A stretch of 36,728 nt of DNA. It comes from Chloroflexota bacterium. GTDB taxonomy: Bacteria; Chloroflexota; Anaerolineae; Promineifilales; Promineifilaceae. The notes under the pieces were generated by a model that saw nothing but the letters and a program-made list of their open reading frames with translations, was not told the DNA's origin and searched no databases. The stretch covers positions 1 to 36,728 of the forward strand of contig JAGVTM010000514.1 in assembly GCA_019136785.1 (NCBI GenBank). Reading direction: 5' to 3'. Of the stretch, positions 25,067 to 33,519 are shown piece after piece; positions within the stretch are counted from its first letter, which is position 1, and every line of letters starts with the position of its first letter. The position numbers were made by a program, and so were the translations under genes.

Positions 25067-27871
25067 CTAGCCTTGACCGCCGACAGTCAGCCAGCTTTCG
25101 AACGTTGTGCCCTGGCGACCGTTGCCGGTGGGCAATCGCCCGCCAATGTGGTTGCCATCTATGGCGCGGTCTTCTTCGTCTAAAGCGAAATCCGAGCGGA
25201 AGACGACGCGGAAGAATGGGTCTGGTAGTTCCCTGAGAAAGCCCCAGGGAACCAGGTCATCGTCGGGAATGAAGACCAGCCGCACGCCAATGGCAAACTC
25301 CTCGTTTTGCAGCGGTCGAATCGCCGTGATCAAGCCATTGCCATCCGTTTCGTACTCCACAGGCTGGTGTACTGCGCCCGGAATCAGGCATTCGCACAAC
25401 AGCCCGCGCTGATCGCGGTAGCGGACGTAAAGCTGGAAAATCTCGCTGCGCGTGCGCGTGGCCGGATCGCCCGGTTTATCCTCGTGAAAAATCGAAGCCA
25501 TCTGTACCGGTTTCGGGTCGCCCCCGGCTGTGCCGAAACCAATGACAAACCCCATGTTTTGTTCGCGGGGATCATTCGTGTCCCATTGGGGGTCGGTAAA
25601 GATTTCGTCAATGAACTGGGGCATGGACATGGGGATATGCCGATCATGCCGCCAGCTTAAGGCAACTATGCGAATTAAATCCTCGTCGCCGCCCTCGCCG
25701 GGCAATCCCTGGGGAATGCCCAACACCAGCCGCTGGTCGCCTTCGGGATCGCCGGCAATGGGAACCAACTCGGCTGTAGCCTCCGACCCAGGCGGAAGGG
25801 TATTCGCCTCAACTTCCGTGATGCCGGGGCCGCGCCCGCCTGGCTGACCAGGTTCACCAGGTTCGCCAGGTTCGCCGGGCTGACCAGGTTCGCCAGGCTG
25901 TCCGGGTTCGCCGGGCAAACCGGGTTCGCCTGCCGGGCCACGGGGGCCCACCAGCCCTTCAGCCAGGCGCGTCTCCAACATGCAGCGAATAACTTCGACG
26001 ATGTTGTTGGTGCTGGGTACAAGCGGGCGGTGGGTGAGGTTGTCCAGGACGTTTTCCCCTTCCTCAGCGTCATCCGCATCCTTAATAGGCTGGCCCAACT
26101 GGTAATGGGGGACGTGCGCCAGCACCACGCAATGTTCGGCGGGGTCGTCGGCGCAGGCGGGGCAGCCATCCAGAACGGTGGTGAACAGGTCGTCGCAGGC
26201 GGCTTCTTCCACGTTGAGGACAGCCACCAGACCGCGCGCGGGCTGGCTTTCGGATTCATCGTCGGCGGCAACGTAAAGCCGCCCGCCCTGCACAGCCAGG
26301 CGCTCGTAGCGGGCCAAGCCGGAAACGTTTTCGCGCGTGCCCAGGGGATCGGCGACAGGGGTGTCGCCCGGGGCGGCGATGGCGTCTACGTCAATGGTTT
26401 GCACCTGCGCCTGGCCCTCGGCGGAGGTTTGCAGGACATAAGCCCAGCGTTCGTTGGCAGCCATAGCCAGGTCTTGGGGCGTAGTGAGCCAGACGCCGCC
26501 GCGACCATCGGGGCGCAACTGCAAGGAACCGAGGCTGGTGTCCAGGGCATAGCGAGACAGGTAAGCGTGGCCGGCGTCAGCGGACAGCAGGTAGAGATAC
26601 TGGCTGTCGCGGCTGGTAAAGACGGCTACGGGCGTCTGGTCTGTATCCAGCGGCGTCAGTTCGGTCATGGTAGCGACTTCGACGACGCGCACCTGGTTGT
26701 TGGCAGCGTCCACGACAAAGACGTAGCGACCATCCAGGGTGATGTTTAGCACAGACGCACCGCGCAGGGCGGGGCCATCGGGCTGGCTGAAAGCCGTGCC
26801 CAGGTCAAGGCTGCGGAAATCCTCGGGGCCGGTGAGGGGGGGATCAGGCAGAGCCAGCCAGTCGCGCAGGTCGGCTTCGCTCCAGGAGAGAAGTTGACCG
26901 CCGTCGAGTTTGAGGGCAAAGAGGGCGCCGGTGGCGGCGGAGACAGCCAGGCGGGCGGGTTCGTTGAGGTGGATGATGCCGGCACTGTCCGCCTCATGAC
27001 GGATACGCGACTCCTTAAACACGGCAATGCCGGGCGCGGGCGGCAGCGGGTCGCCGCCATTTTGCGGCGGCGGCGCCGGCAGCCCGCCGGTTGCCAGGAA
27101 GATCAGGTCGCCCAGCAGCGTCAAAGCCAGGTCGGTGGGGTTGACGCCGCCGTCTACGGCTGTGATCAAGTCGTGGGTATCGGCGCGGAAAGCGTACAGC
27201 CGGGCTCCCAATTCGCCGGGTTCGCCCACTTCCCCCTCATCCGGGGAGACAGCCTGCGCCGCCACGTATAACTGCTGCAGTTGGTCGTCTGCCGCCAGGG
27301 CGCGCGGGCTTTGGCGATCCAGGACAAGGGTATGCAGCCAGTCGAGCTTTGCCCGCAGCGGCGGGCGCACGGGCAGCATTTCCCCGGCAGGGCGGCCAAA
27401 CAGGTGCAGTTCATACCCTTCGCGCACGCGGTTATACGCCTGGTTTTCATCGGCGCAGTCGCAATCAGGCAAAATGACGGGCACTTTCTCTTCGAGCGAC
27501 TCTTTGTAGCAAAGGCTGATAAAGAGGTCCTGGCTGCCCTCGGCGTCGAAATCTTCCAGGTCAATCAGTTCCAGCACAGGCACTAACAGCCGTTGGGTGA
27601 CAATGATCTCGCGCCCGCAGCAGTCCAGGGCGGCGCCCGGCTCAATGTAGACAAATTTGTCCTGGCACTCCGGGTTGGGATGGGCGACTACCCGCAGACC
27701 ACAGACAGTGCCTACGCCATGCAGCAGGCTGTTGTGCAAGCGGTCTTTGCCGACCAGGTACGCCTGCTCGTCGCTAAAATCCCGCTCCACCAGCCACTTG
27801 CCATTAAAGTAAGTATTGCGACGAAATGTCTGCAGACCGCAGGGAATACAGTTAGGTGTCTGGTTGCTCAT
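25067..27871 (-). CDS. Fibre-like / receptor-binding candidate, paralog 1: Cys-rich core, inserted beta-propeller-like region, collagen-like GXY tract, C-terminal globular domain
   Basis: There are 15 GXY triplets (GLVGPRGPAGEPGLPGEPGQPGEPG...) at 25824-25958. Propeller-like strands include DGRYVFVVDAANNQVRVVEV. AAGGAG lies 6 nt upstream of ATG 27871. The track start (TTG 27877) abuts the SD and is unlikely. Confidence 0.6.
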   Translation of the reverse strand: MSNQTPNCIPCGLQTFRRNTYFNGKWLVERDFSDEQAYLVGKDRLHNSLLHGVGTVCGLRVVAHPNPECQDKFVYIEPGAALDCCGREIIVTQRLLVPVLELIDLEDFDAEGSQDLFISLCYKESLEEKVPVILPDCDCADENQAYNRVREGYELHLFGRPAGEMLPVRPPLRAKLDWLHTLVLDRQSPRALAADDQLQQLYVAAQAVSPDEGEVGEPGELGARLYAFRADTHDLITAVDGGVNPTDLALTLLGDLIFLATGGLPAPPPQNGGDPLPPAPGIAVFKESRIRHEADSAGIIHLNEPARLAVSAATGALFALKLDGGQLLSWSEADLRDWLALPDPPLTGPEDFRSLDLGTAFSQPDGPALRGASVLNITLDGRYVFVVDAANNQVRVVEVATMTELTPLDTDQTPVAVFTSRDSQYLYLLSADAGHAYLSRYALDTSLGSLQLRPDGRGGVWLTTPQDLAMAANERWAYVLQTSAEGQAQVQTIDVDAIAAPGDTPVADPLGTRENVSGLARYERLAVQGGRLYVAADDESESQPARGLVAVLNVEEAACDDLFTTVLDGCPACADDPAEHCVVLAHVPHYQLGQPIKDADDAEEGENVLDNLTHRPLVPSTNNIVEVIRCMLETRLAEGLVGPRGPAGEPGLPGEPGQPGEPGQPGEPGEPGEPGQPGGRGPGITEVEANTLPPGSEATAELVPIAGDPEGDQRLVLGIPQGLPGEGGDEDLIRIVALSWRHDRHIPMSMPQFIDEIFTDPQWDTNDPREQNMGFVIGFGTAGGDPKPVQMASIFHEDKPGDPATRTRSEIFQLYVRYRDQRGLLCECLIPGAVHQPVEYETDGNGLITAIRPLQNEEFAIGVRLVFIPDDDLVPWGFLRELPDPFFRVVFRSDFALDEEDRAIDGNHIGGRLPTGNGRQGTTFESWLTVGGQG

Positions 27872-27893
27872 AAACAACTCCTTGGAATAGTGA

Positions 27894-27935
27894 TCAGTGG
27901 TCAGTGGTCAGTGGTCAGTGGTCAGTGGTCAGTGA
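27894..27935. repeat. Heptanucleotide microsatellite: TCAGTGG x5 plus a degenerate sixth copy
   Basis: Perfect copies span 27894-27928. The sixth copy, TCAGTGA, contains the stop codon of the gpI-like gene. The array ends about 10 nt before the SD of the fibre-like gene. Confidence 0.9.
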
Positions 27936-29974
27936 TTGTTGCCTGTTAAGTAGGATGCGCCCAGGCGGGGGCGGGGGGGCGCGGGGGGGCCCAGGTAGCT
28001 GCCGGGGGCCAGGGACAAATCGCCCAGCGGGGATGGCGGGGCGCTGCCCAGGAGCATGTCCACGCCAATGGTGGACTGGCAGCCGATGGCAATGCCCGGC
28101 GCGACCAGCCGGATTTGATAACGGGTGTGGGCGGGTTTTTGAGCTTCAATGAGGCGCTGCAAGGTTTGCAGGGCGGCGCTGTCGGCGGCGGCTTTTTGGG
28201 GCAGCGCCAGGGTGAAATGGTGGGCGATTTCGTTGGCGGGCGGATCCAGCGGCGCGCCCGCCAGGTAATAGGGGCCAGGCGGGCCGGCTACTTCGCGGCG
28301 GGCGGCGTAGTCGCGCAGACGGAAATGCTCGATGATCAGCGGGTGGGGCGCGAGCAGGCCCGTGTGCAGCCGCAGCACCGCCTGCAAGCCCGGCAGCGTG
28401 CCGCGCTGTTTGTAGAGGGCAATTGCCTGACGCAGGAAAGCACGGCGGACGGCGTCGGGCCACTCAGCCAGGAAGGTCAGGTCGAACCAGCTTGCCAGCC
28501 ATGCCAGGAAATCACCAGCGGGGACGCCATCGGGGTCGAGATAACCGGTAAAGGCGGCGATCTGGGTTTCTATTTCGTGAAAGACAGTGTCGAAATAGCT
28601 GAGAAAACGATCCAGAAAGCCGGCGCTGCCGCGGCTTCTTCCGTCGCCGGCATCTTCGTGGAAGACGGGCGGCAGATAGCTGAGCGACGACTGGCGGGGG
28701 GCGTATAGGGTGAGGGCGCGCAGCAGCGGGGTAACGGCGCCATTGCTGCGAAATTCCACGTTGAGCCAGAGATAGCGACCGGGGGGGCTCTGGATGAGCA
28801 GTTCGGGCCAGTCGCCGGGGCCAACGGTGAGGGGGGCAGACCAGCGGGCCGGCGGCAAAGTGGCGATGCGGCCGGCGTCGAGGGCGGCGGGGGCGGTGTA
28901 GGTGCGGATGGTGAGGGTGGCCGCCTCCGGCACGGTCACGTCCAATACCAGGCGATGCCAGGCGCAGTTGAAAATACGGCTGTCCAGGGGGTTGGAGAGG
29001 TAGCGCCCCAGGCGCGGGTAAGCGACGCTGCCAGGACGAGCCAGCAGCATCAGGTTCGTGCCGGTCAGCCGCCCGCTGCGGGTAACGGCGAGGCCAGGCA
29101 AGGGGAGGGCGGGGCAATTGGGGCGGTCGTCCTGAGGCAGGGAGAGATTGCCGTTTTCCAGGCGCAGCGGCAGAGGAAAGCAGCGTTCATGCAGGGGCGG
29201 ATCAATGGCGGGCAAGAGCGCGCCATTTTCGTCCAGCGCGGCCACACGGCGCTGATTGACGTCGAGGAGCAGGAGGCGATCCTGGCTGTCAACAGCCAGG
29301 TGTTGGGGAACGAGAGAACCGCCGGCGCCGCCGAGGTAGGCGGCGTCTTCGCGCCAGAGACGATCAAAGCGGCGGACGCGCTGGTGGAAAACGTCGGCGA
29401 CGTAGAGGCGACCGGCGCTGTCATAAGCTACATCCCAGGGTTCGCCCTGACCCAGATCAAGGATGTGGCGGGCGACCAGCATGGGCCAGGCAAAGATGAT
29501 CAGGCGGTGGTGGCCTGTGTCGGCCACGACCAGGTCGCCGTCGCGACTGACAGCCACGCCGCGGGGGGCGGAAAGGGTGTAGGGGTCGGGGTCAGGCATG
29601 GGCGGGCGCGCCGCCCACAGGGGGAAGAAGGCGGCGGCGGGGGGCGTGTAGGTGAGGATGACGTTGTTTTGGGGGTCAGCCAGAAAGAGGCGGCCATCGG
29701 GGCCAATCGCCAGGCCCGTGGGGCGGGTATGCCCGCCAAATGTGCCGCCTGGCTCGGTGGGCAAAATGGCGGTGGCGTTCTGGTCGCCCAGGCGCAGTCC
29801 GCCGGCGGCGGCGTCATAGGAAATATCGTGGCTGAGCGGGGACGACTGCCAGCCAATGGCGCCATCCAGCCGCCAGAAGGTGGGCTGTACGGGGCGAATG
29901 CGTGTCCCAGACACGGGCGTCCCAGACGCAGGCGTGCCGGACGCGGTGGGGTTATCGGTCGTCATAGCGCACAT
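27929..29974 (-). CDS. Baseplate wedge protein, P2 gpI / Afp12-like C-terminal domain fused to an N-terminal NHL-repeat beta-propeller
   Basis: NHL-like blades: PTGLAIGPDGRLFLADPQNNVILTY; PRGVAVSRDGDLVVADTGHHRLIIF; PWDVAYDSAGRLYVADVFHQRVRRF. Tail-protein-I-like block: LSYLPPVFHED...FLDRFLSYFDTVFHEIETQIA...LAWLASWFDL...ALYKQRGTLPGLQ. Start is ATG 29974 or 29965, overlapping the upstream gene end. Confidence 0.75.
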   Translation of the reverse strand: MCAMTTDNPTASGTPASGTPVSGTRIRPVQPTFWRLDGAIGWQSSPLSHDISYDAAAGGLRLGDQNATAILPTEPGGTFGGHTRPTGLAIGPDGRLFLADPQNNVILTYTPPAAAFFPLWAARPPMPDPDPYTLSAPRGVAVSRDGDLVVADTGHHRLIIFAWPMLVARHILDLGQGEPWDVAYDSAGRLYVADVFHQRVRRFDRLWREDAAYLGGAGGSLVPQHLAVDSQDRLLLLDVNQRRVAALDENGALLPAIDPPLHERCFPLPLRLENGNLSLPQDDRPNCPALPLPGLAVTRSGRLTGTNLMLLARPGSVAYPRLGRYLSNPLDSRIFNCAWHRLVLDVTVPEAATLTIRTYTAPAALDAGRIATLPPARWSAPLTVGPGDWPELLIQSPPGRYLWLNVEFRSNGAVTPLLRALTLYAPRQSSLSYLPPVFHEDAGDGRSRGSAGFLDRFLSYFDTVFHEIETQIAAFTGYLDPDGVPAGDFLAWLASWFDLTFLAEWPDAVRRAFLRQAIALYKQRGTLPGLQAVLRLHTGLLAPHPLIIEHFRLRDYAARREVAGPPGPYYLAGAPLDPPANEIAHHFTLALPQKAAADSAALQTLQRLIEAQKPAHTRYQIRLVAPGIAIGCQSTIGVDMLLGSAPPSPLGDLSLAPGSYLGPPAPPRPRLGASYLTGNNH

Positions 29975-32291
29975 CCAGGGTGATGGAGGATGCCGGCAAA
30001 TACACCAGCGTCCCGTCCGGCACCGTGATCATATCTTCGCATTCAGGTTCAGGGACCGCGGCGGCCGGGGCAATTGCCAGACAAACGACACGGCGCACGC
30101 CAGCTACCGTTAACACCTGGCGGTAGACGTTGCCCAGATAAATATCTTCGCCAAAGGGCCAGCCCTGCCCGTCCTCGCCGCCGCGCAAGGGGTGGAAATA
30201 GGCCAACAACACGGCAACCAGGGCATCTTTGACGGCTTTTAAGTCTTTGTCCCGGCTGACAACGACTTCGGCGTCCAGCTTAATTTTCAGGTAGCGAGGG
30301 CCGACCACGTATAGTTCGGTGGTGATCAGGCGGCGCTGATTCAGATGGGCGCAGACCAGCCGCAGTTGATCGCCGGTGGGTTGAGGGGTGTCTTCTTTGT
30401 TTTGGGGCAAGATGACGACCGTCACCGCGCCGGCCACGTCTGTCTCAAATTCTGGGGGATCGGTATCGGGGACAAGCCGGGTGAGGGGCAAGGCGTAGGC
30501 GCGCTGGATGGGCACGCCAGGCGTTTGCTGCGCCAGTTGGGCGAAGTCGTCGCCGGTGACGGCGCGGTCGCGCATGCGCAGGTCGTGGGGGGCGCGCAGC
30601 ATCACTTCCGCCAGGGTTTCGGCGTCTGCGCCGCCCGCCGCGGCGCGCACGTTGGTGACTTTGTCTACATTGGGCAGGGCGCTCTTGAGGGCAGAAATCG
30701 TGCCCGCGCCGGCATTGCCCACCGCGCCGCCGCCATAGCGATAGGATCGGGCCACAATTTGCGCCCCGGCGACGGGGATACGACCATGCACGCCATCGCC
30801 AAAGGTGAGGGCGCTGTTGGCGCTGTCTACCAGAAAAACGGCAGCGTCGGGCCCGGCGCCGTAGAAGTCGGATACCGCCTGCCAGGTTTCCGGCTGTCCC
30901 AGTTCTTCAATTTCCAGGATGAGGTCGGGCTGCAAGGTGTGGGCGTCTACCAGCAGGGGGCGGCGGCGCAGCGAGAACTGCTGGTTGGGACGACCATCGC
31001 TGGCGCCGACAATCTCTTCGACGCGGGTGACGGCGGCGGCAGCGGGGGCGGTGTTCAGCAAGAAGGCGCTCACCTGGGGCGGCTCGTCGGGCAGGTCTAC
31101 CAGGCGGGCGCGGAACCAGACCAGTTCGTAGGGCACGGGGGAAACGTCGTAGCCGGCTTTTTGCCAGGCTTTGTCATCCAGGGCTGTATAATCGAGTTCA
31201 GTGCTATTGATCTGCTCAATGAGGGCGGCGATGTTGTCCACTTCGGCGTCCGGCAGCCCCAGGGCTTCCCAGTCCAGGTCGGCGGGATCGAGGAAGGCGT
31301 CGGGGCCGTTGAGGTCGGCGATCAGTTCGGCGTCGTTTGTTGGAGGTTTTTTGCGACCTTCCAGTTCAAGCCAGAAAGCGCGGGGCAGGTCGTAGAAATC
31401 AATGGCGGGCAAACCGCCAGGGGTTTCCAGGTAGATGTGGTCGCTGCGGGTGAGCAGGGCGGTGTCGTCGTGGGCGCTCAGGGCAGTCCAGTTGGCGTCA
31501 TCGTGGGGGAAGCTGGCATGCTCGGTGCCTGTGTACGCTTCCCAAACGATGCCGCGGCTTTGATCGGCGACCTGCCAGGGGAAGAGGCATTCTAAACTTT
31601 CGGGGCCGGTGAGGAGATTGCCGGCAGCGTCCACTTCAAAGACCTGGGGAATCAGAGCGGTCAGGTCGAGTTCGCCGGCGGGGAAACGATCCAGGCTGTA
31701 ATCCTGTGCCTTTTTACGGTTTGGGCGCAGCATGATACCCAACAGACAAACGGCATCCAGCACAGGCGTCTCGCCAAAAGGATAAAAAGGACGCTGGATT
31801 TTGACTTCTACTTTGTCGGGGTCGTATTCCGTGACCAGTTCCAGCGGGCTGTCGCCGTCAGCGGGCACAATGATGGTTGCCAGAATGGCGTTGAGGGCCG
31901 TGAGGGTGCGGTCGGTTTCAAAGATGAGGGGTTCCGTCAGGTCAGGATCGTTGACGCCCACCTGGGTATTTTTAGGAATGAGGACGACCAGGGGATCGGT
32001 GGGGTTGTTGAGCTTCTTCAGGGTGAAGGTCAGCTGCGCTTTGGCCGGCGTCGCCGGGCGTGGTTGGATGTTTAGCAGTTCCAGGAACTTGATGTAGTTC
32101 AGGTCCGGCAGCCGGTTCAACCGGTACAGGATGGTCTCCGTCATCCAGGCGTGCAGTTTGACCAGCGTCATGCCGGGGTCGGCATCGTTAAAGTTGGTCC
32201 ACTCTGGCGTGTAGCGGGGAATGCGCGCCCGCGCTTCGGCTACGAGCTGTTCAAAGGTACGGTCGTCCAGATTGGGGGTTGGGAGTGGCAT
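29952..32291 (-). CDS. Baseplate J-like protein (gpJ / Afp11-like)
   Basis: PNLDDRTFEQLVAEARARIPRYTPEWTNFNDADPGMTLVKLHAWMTETILYRLNRLP is the typical N-terminus. The C-terminal part has RAVTGDDFAQLAQQTPGV. ATG 32291 is preferred over the track start 32378, which lies in hairpin/REP sequence. Confidence 0.85.
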   Translation of the reverse strand: MPLPTPNLDDRTFEQLVAEARARIPRYTPEWTNFNDADPGMTLVKLHAWMTETILYRLNRLPDLNYIKFLELLNIQPRPATPAKAQLTFTLKKLNNPTDPLVVLIPKNTQVGVNDPDLTEPLIFETDRTLTALNAILATIIVPADGDSPLELVTEYDPDKVEVKIQRPFYPFGETPVLDAVCLLGIMLRPNRKKAQDYSLDRFPAGELDLTALIPQVFEVDAAGNLLTGPESLECLFPWQVADQSRGIVWEAYTGTEHASFPHDDANWTALSAHDDTALLTRSDHIYLETPGGLPAIDFYDLPRAFWLELEGRKKPPTNDAELIADLNGPDAFLDPADLDWEALGLPDAEVDNIAALIEQINSTELDYTALDDKAWQKAGYDVSPVPYELVWFRARLVDLPDEPPQVSAFLLNTAPAAAAVTRVEEIVGASDGRPNQQFSLRRRPLLVDAHTLQPDLILEIEELGQPETWQAVSDFYGAGPDAAVFLVDSANSALTFGDGVHGRIPVAGAQIVARSYRYGGGAVGNAGAGTISALKSALPNVDKVTNVRAAAGGADAETLAEVMLRAPHDLRMRDRAVTGDDFAQLAQQTPGVPIQRAYALPLTRLVPDTDPPEFETDVAGAVTVVILPQNKEDTPQPTGDQLRLVCAHLNQRRLITTELYVVGPRYLKIKLDAEVVVSRDKDLKAVKDALVAVLLAYFHPLRGGEDGQGWPFGEDIYLGNVYRQVLTVAGVRRVVCLAIAPAAAVPEPECEDMITVPDGTLVYLPASSITLDVRYDDR

Positions 32292-32313
32292 AGCCGTGTC
32301 CTTATTCGGATTT

Positions 32314-32346
32314 AGAAATCGGGTTTTTGTGAAAAACCCGATTTCT
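32314..32346. promoter_or_regulatory. Perfect 15-bp stem / 3-nt loop hairpin 22 nt upstream of the baseplate-J start
   Basis: agaaatcgggttttt-gtg-aaaaacccgatttct closely resembles the hairpin at 36619-36649. Confidence 0.4.
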
Positions 32347-32354
32347 GGCGTAGA

Positions 32355-32426
32355 AAGGGCGTATGCAATGCAATACACCTGGGCGTATGCAATACGCCCC
32401 TACCGTTGGGCGTATGCAATACGCCC
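32355..32426. repeat. Short palindromic repeats GGGCGTATGCAATACGCCC (two full copies plus one degenerate copy)
   Basis: gggcgtatgcaatacgcccctac occurs twice, at about 32380 and 32407, with a degenerate copy at about 32358. Confidence 0.8.
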
Positions 32427-32813
32427 CTACTCGTTGATGTAAAAGGGGTAGACCAGGTTATGAAAGGCGTTGTTGGCGCGGATGCGGTAGTCTACGTGAA
32501 TGAAGAGGGTGTTGGGCGATTCCTCAGGGCTTTCCACGCGCACATCCAGCACGTCAATGCGCGGTTCCCAACGCAGCAGGGCGCGGCGCACTTCCTGGGA
32601 AATGGCGGCGACGGTGTTGGCATTGTTGGGGGCGAAGACGTAGTTGTGGATGCCGCAGCCAAAGTGCGGTTCCATGATGCGGCTGTTGGGCGGGGTGCTG
32701 AGGATAATCCAGATGGCCTCGGCCACGCTGTCCGCGCCGCTGACGTAAGAAAGCCCGCCGCGCCCGTTGACGCGAATGGGGAATTTCCAACCTGTGCCTA
32801 GAAAGTCAGCCAT
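32427..32813 (-). CDS. gp25-like baseplate wedge protein (GPW/gp25 family, Afp9-like)
   Basis: FLGTGWKFPIRVNGRGGLSYVSGADSVAEAIWIILSTPPNSRIMEPHFGCGIHNYVFAPNN matches the family pattern. ATG 32813 is preferred; the track extension to 32966 crosses REP hairpins. Confidence 0.85.
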   Translation of the reverse strand: MADFLGTGWKFPIRVNGRGGLSYVSGADSVAEAIWIILSTPPNSRIMEPHFGCGIHNYVFAPNNANTVAAISQEVRRALLRWEPRIDVLDVRVESPEESPNTLFIHVDYRIRANNAFHNLVYPFYINE

Positions 32814-32850
32814 GTCAATCACCTGGAACCATGAATAAGTGGCGGTGGGT

Positions 32851-32921
32851 GGCATCCCCGCCTGCGGCGGGGATGCCACTTGTTTGTGGGCAGTTTTGGG
32901 CGCATACGCGCCCAAAACTGC
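32851..32921. repeat. REP-like hairpin pair, family B (same architecture as 21852-21935)
   Basis: GGCATCCCCGC-ctgc-GCGGGGATGCC (32851-32877) and GCAGTTTTGGGCGC-ata-CGCGCCCAAAACTGC (32890-32921). Confidence 0.8.
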
Positions 32922-33105
32922 CCAGGAAGGAAAGGCTTGTAAAGGGATGATGCCGGCAAAATCCACTGCCTGGTCGCCTGTCGGAGAACCACAAAAATGG
33001 GACGCTGATGACGCAGATAAGAGCCGATTTAGTCCTGATGAATCCGTTCAATCTGCGCTTTATCAGCGTTATCAGCGGGCTATTAAAGACTTTTCCGACA
33101 GGCTG

Positions 33106-33510
33106 CTAGTCGCCAACCAAAACGGTAGGGAAGGCGCTTAGCACCAGACCGGTGGCGTTGCCGCCGTTTTGATCGGTGGTATCGCCAAAACGAGCCAGCC
33201 CTTTCTCGTCAGAGCCGTAGACCACGCTGCCGCTGCCCTGGGTAATTTTGCAGGCGCCTTTGATGCCGCCGCTTTTCACGCCGCCGGCAGAGCCGGCCTC
33301 ATCGCCAGAACTGGTGGGCACTTCGGAATCTACCAGCAGGGCTTTGTATTCGGCGGGGCCGATAAGGAGTTGATCCGCCACGTTCTGCGCCTGGTCTAGC
33401 TGGGCGATATTCGGGTAGGGAATGGGAACGGGCCCGCCCGGCGTAGGGGTGTTGCAAACATCGGGGAAGGCAAAGGCGATTCCCATAGCGGGGGCAATTG
33501 GTTTAGACAT
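33106..33510 (-). CDS. PAAR-like spike-tip protein (DUF4150 type), no toxin extension
   Basis: The N-terminus FAFPDVCNTPTPGGPVPIPYPNIA is the DUF4150 signature. The protein is 134 aa, and its start lies 9 nt after the upstream stop. Confidence 0.75.
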   Translation of the reverse strand: MSKPIAPAMGIAFAFPDVCNTPTPGGPVPIPYPNIAQLDQAQNVADQLLIGPAEYKALLVDSEVPTSSGDEAGSAGGVKSGGIKGACKITQGSGSVVYGSDEKGLARFGDTTDQNGGNATGLVLSAFPTVLVGD

Positions 33511-33519
33511 GGTTAACTG

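Noticed and set aside
25824-25958. Possibility that the GEPGQPGEPG tract is merely a DNA microsatellite artefact
   Set aside because: The strict Gly-every-third-residue pattern is kept over 15 triplets with varied X/Y residues and codons, in frame within a long ORF. It is therefore kept as a genuine collagen-like segment in the CDS annotation rather than a separate finding.
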